From NCBI GenBank assembly GCA_000934665.2, contig KZ539076.1, positions 1 to 35,013 on the forward strand: 35,013 bases of DNA. Direction: 5' to 3'. Under the pieces are notes generated by a model that worked only from the letters and a program-made list of their open reading frames with translations, searched no databases and had not been told where the DNA came from. This stretch comes from Catajapyx aquilonaris. Lineage: Eukaryota. Made by a program: the position numbers and the translations under genes. Position 1 is the first letter of the stretch. Each line of letters opens with the position of its first letter. Shown piece after piece: positions 30,879 to 35,013 of the stretch.

Positions 30879-33800
30879 TTAGTAAAATTGCCTTCCAGCC
30901 AAATTTTCGTATTTAACTTTCCGCATTGCTATTCTTATCCAGTGTTGTCCAATGTCAGCCACAGCTCGCTTCACAGCCGGTCGAACTTCTTCCAAAATGG
31001 CATCGGCGTTGGTGTTAACAAAGGCTGATCCTGCTTCTCCTGTTAATATATTTGGGGGGGGGTGTTTGAAAACATCGAAAAATATTAACCAAAGTTTGAA
31101 TATCTAAAAGTTAACCACTATCAGTAAAATTAGTTTGAAACTGCTTAAATGTGAAAATCTTTCATATGTGAATGTCAAATTTTAATCGGAGATTTGCACT
31201 AACATTAATGGCATTAATGGACGGTTAACTCTCAAGTAAAGTGGCATTCAACTATTTTCAAATGTGACTTTAGAAAAATAATCCTCACTCAGCACTGGAT
31301 CGTTGTCGAAAAGTCCGTTGAGTCTCATAGTGACGTTCTCATACGAATAGTCCAATTCGGATTCAATCGGATAGTATCTCATATCTCCGTCTATTTCCTT
31401 ATAGGTAAAATTGGTCGTACCATTAATCAAAACATTACCTGAAAAGCAAAAAAGTTCATTTAGAAAAAAACAGAAAATTTTTCTATCTGACGTCATGGGC
31501 TTGAGTGACGTCAGTCACACGCGAAGTGACGTCAGACTAAAGTTTAAATTAATGCTTCATATTTTTTGGAGGAAAAAATTCAGGCAACTTACTCAATTTA
31601 AACCAGAAAGTTCCGTCTCCTTTGAGTGGAACGAGCAAAAACTGTGCGTCCATTCGGTACCGACCATTCGGGTACACTTCGTTGAACCTGACTTGATAAG
31701 TGGCCTGCCTTTTAGGAAAGTCGATGCTGGGGGGAAAAAAAATATAAATGAAAAAGCTGAGCCAAAGTACAAAGAGCGCAAAATGTTCGAGGGGAATTTA
31801 CTTCAATTTGAGCAGATCAAAGTCCGTGAATCCTTTGAACCTGATGTTGCTAAAAATGGCGTGAATGAAGTTGTTTCCGTCGTCTTCGTGGACCGCTATG
31901 TCTTCTGCTGGGAGGTTCGATAGGGAAGGAAGGTCCAGGTCCGGAATTCCTGTTGGTAAAGGCATAGAATGAAGTACTATAGCTGACAAAAAAGATGGGG
32001 GAAAATACGAAATTGAACCACATTGCCGAAGCTTAGCAAATCTCGCACATAGATGGCGCACACTACTGATGACTCACCGCGGACAAACAGAAACCACATT
32101 CTAAATAAGATTAAGCTTGACGCACTGATTTTGTCGCGAAATAAAACATTGGCACATATTCCTCCAGAACATGTTACAATATTTTTGACAATTACAGGTT
32201 GACTTTTTTTTTGTTACCTCAGGGCTCACGTGAAGAAAGCAACCGAATTGACCTTCTGGTGTAACCTTGTCTGCCGAAAAATATACGAGGTCAGCAGAAC
32301 CTGGGATGGGTGACCCCTAATTTGGGATGACCATGCAGAGAAGGTCGCCACAAATAAATGTCTCCTTAGTATGCAATGAACATAATAATATTTTTCAACG
32401 GGGGGAAATTAAGGAGTTTGTTATGTTATACGATTATTGTCTATTTTCCTATTTTCATATCTATATCAATGTTATTTTTATTACATACTATTGTTTTATT
32501 AAAATTAAACGATATAATTATGCTACCAGAGTAATCCAATGGAATCTGTTTCACCTTAGAAAAATATTTTGGTATTCATGTACTTATTTTTAAGCATTTA
32601 CTTTTGCACTATAACTTTTAGGGGTCATCAGGAGATATTAAATCATTGATTCAAGATGTGAATTTTAATGAATGTCCTATTTTGTGTAAGGTTGCCACGT
32701 GCCTAGTGATTGAGAAACACCTGCCAGGTTTAATTCCCTTGCATAATGTGCACTCGTGAGTTATTATATCTGAAATGCAGACGTCCTCGGCAAAAAAAAA
32801 ACCTGTCGCCATAGTTTGCCTTCTAAAAAGCCATTAACCTAGCATGAAAAGCAAGGGTGCGTGACCTTCGAAGCAATTGCGCAACAGGTCATGACACTCA
32901 ATATTGCGTTTTAAGATCGGTTGAAAAAAGGTGGGATTGTATTATTTTCATGTCAGTGGGCAAGGTGTCTAAATTAATTATATTCACACTTGGCACACTT
33001 TGCTTAATAATTATGGAATGGGAGGTAATTAATATGATTGAGACTGCATAATTTATGAGAATATTTAAGCACAATATTTGATCAATCACTGGGAATGTTT
33101 TGTCTACTCGTATATCATCATGAAAGCACAGAAAATGGTTACATATTAATTTCATTTACACATGCTGCTAACTAGCATCGTATTTAAACTTACCTTCTTC
33201 CAGCAAGGGTCGAACTTCCTTGATAAGTTTGATGAGACATGGCTCCAGATCCTCTCTCGGTGTGTCCAAACATGTCGTAAATATTGCATCTGACAAAAAA
33301 TGTAATCCAATATATTATAAAAGTGTAAGTAAAAGTGTAATGGGCGTATTTACACGACTCGTTAGACTTGCGATTGGATCTGTACGCCCCTTCAATGTAA
33401 TTGCTAATGTAGCTCTAATTGCGCAGATTTTTTAAACAGATAAAAACAAGGTAGCGGATGCACAATACACCATGTAATAGAATGCTAATGAGTACTTGAA
33501 CCAACAACACTATTTTATTCCGCACTGTCTCTCGTGTGTGATAACAATTCCGACCATGACACTTTGTGCTTAGAAAATGCTTTTAAAAAAATTAAGGAAA
33601 AAAAAACCCAACCTCGTGGCCTAAACAAAACCGGTCGGAAACCTTGTAAACAACCGGGATTTTGTACCGCCTGGACTTGACATCAATTTTTTTAAACAAG
33701 GATAAGGAGATTTTGCAATTGCACTAGCCAGTAATTACATTTTTATCAATAATAATGTTGAGATATAAAGTCACGGCAAGACCATGTTACTTGAGAAACA

Positions 33801-34958
33801 TTTTTGCTTTCATATTAACCAGAAGGAATGCAATAATTATGCCTACTCACAAATGTGCACGAGTAAATATTGTAGATTAATATGAATAAATAATGCCCAA
33901 ATATTAATAAAATAATCGATTGAAATACGTAACGAAATATGATTTTGAAATCAATATAGAGAAATATCATTTGGCAGTAAATGGATAATTTATTATTTCT
34001 TAACACTGAGAATGTGAGTGTGAAGTTTCTTTGGTTCTTCATAATTATGTTCCTAAATTCGAGTAATTTTTTAAGTGCCATTTTGAGAATGAAGTGATTA
34101 CGTCACTTTGGTGCTATTTAGCCATCCGGATGCCAAAAAAGTATAAGACCTACATTAGAGTTCCGGTTGCTGAAGTTGCTTAAATTATTCAGGCCTTTAT
34201 ATAAGTACTACTGTATGTTATGTTTGGAATAAAAGGCGTTACGTATTAACCACAGCTGTTCACTTACTTTTTACAACCTAGCAAAGTTGTCCAGCGAAGG
34301 TTAAGTTGTGTAATAATGTCGTAAATACTTATAACTTATATAAAATAGTGACATAATTATAACTCGTAATTTTAACACGACATTGGCAAGAATGCCTCAG
34401 ACAGCCAATGATTTTGATTATCTCATTTTGATTTGATTTTAATTTTTGTACTTGTGATTCAAATTATTTGGATTACAAGCATACACATTTTTATTTTCAA
34501 GATCGAGTTAATGACCCATGAAGCAAAAATCTGCGTGCAAAATATTCGGTCACAGCGAAATTGGGAGTGAAAGTATCGCCAAAATCGCCACGGGGTCATT
34601 TTCACCTCCCTCCAATTAAGACAAGCTATCATCAAGCAATCAAATCATAAACAAAGTTAATGATATTAATCTTCAAACATAGAATTTCTACCACAATTAT
34701 TTATTTATTTTGAACACTATAATATATTTTCGGTGTAGTTGCTTTGGACCAGTTTATGAAAGCAAATTAGAGATAATATCTGATTAATTACACTCACAAT
34801 ACAATCAGAGATTTTCTTTTTAATTAGAGTTGACGCAATTGGCCTTTATGTTAAAATTAAAATAAAATGTTCCGTTTACCCATGGTGATGGCTGCCGACG
34901 CCGCCGACGCCAGGACCAGGAGCGTCGTCAAAACACACGTGTCCCAGACCCCGTTCAT
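30879..34958 (-). CDS. Takeout / haemolymph juvenile-hormone-binding protein (JHBP) family, 6 exons, ~255 aa
   Basis: Exons 34958-34880 (signal peptide MNGVWDTCVLTTLLVLASAASAA), 33289-33194 (TCLDTPREDLEPCLIKLIKEVRPLLEE), 31949-31802 (GIPDLDLPSL), 31726-31593 (GRYRMDAQFLLVPLKGDGTF), 31438-31289 (LNGLFDNDPVL), 31039-30879 (FVNTNADAILEEVRP...VKYENL). The two N-terminal Cys and the motif order match the family. Confidence 0.92.
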
Positions 34959-35013
34959 TTTCACACTGCCGCCTTGGAAAAATAACCTTCGAAGTTTAAT
35001 ATTATGCAGAGAG

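Noticed and set aside
32200..32350. Cluster of AGGTCA/TGACC half-sites in takeout intron 2
   Set aside because: Degenerate and without consistent spacing; cannot be distinguished from repeat-derived sequence.

Overview
Eukaryotic, intron-containing DNA, most likely from a pancrustacean arthropod (a divergent ionotropic receptor, a takeout/JHBP gene, short 60-110 nt introns). The assembly is draft quality (a 496-nt poly-T run, an N gap, a duplication around a single N). Left half (+): the 3' 12 coding exons of a p120/delta-catenin gene ending in DSWV, with one GC-AG intron and MITE-containing introns. Right end (-): a 10-exon M14 carboxypeptidase and a 6-exon takeout/JHBP gene. Between them (17.4-28.0 kb, all on -) is the main find: a tandem array of ten small orphan genes that the ORF track only shows in fragments. 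All ten share a tiny first exon, one phase-0 intron and an RFX X-box-like motif 50-100 bp upstream of the ATG. They encode charged, signal-peptide-less proteins with recurring motifs (N-terminal KEN-x-x-P/TP, a Y..Y.K.L..L..K..Q helix, PM[DE][VM]D). In six members the intron aligns more readily than the coding exon 2. An intronless divergent ionotropic receptor sits inside the array. All gene models were built by hand from splice signals and reading frames; no database searches were run.
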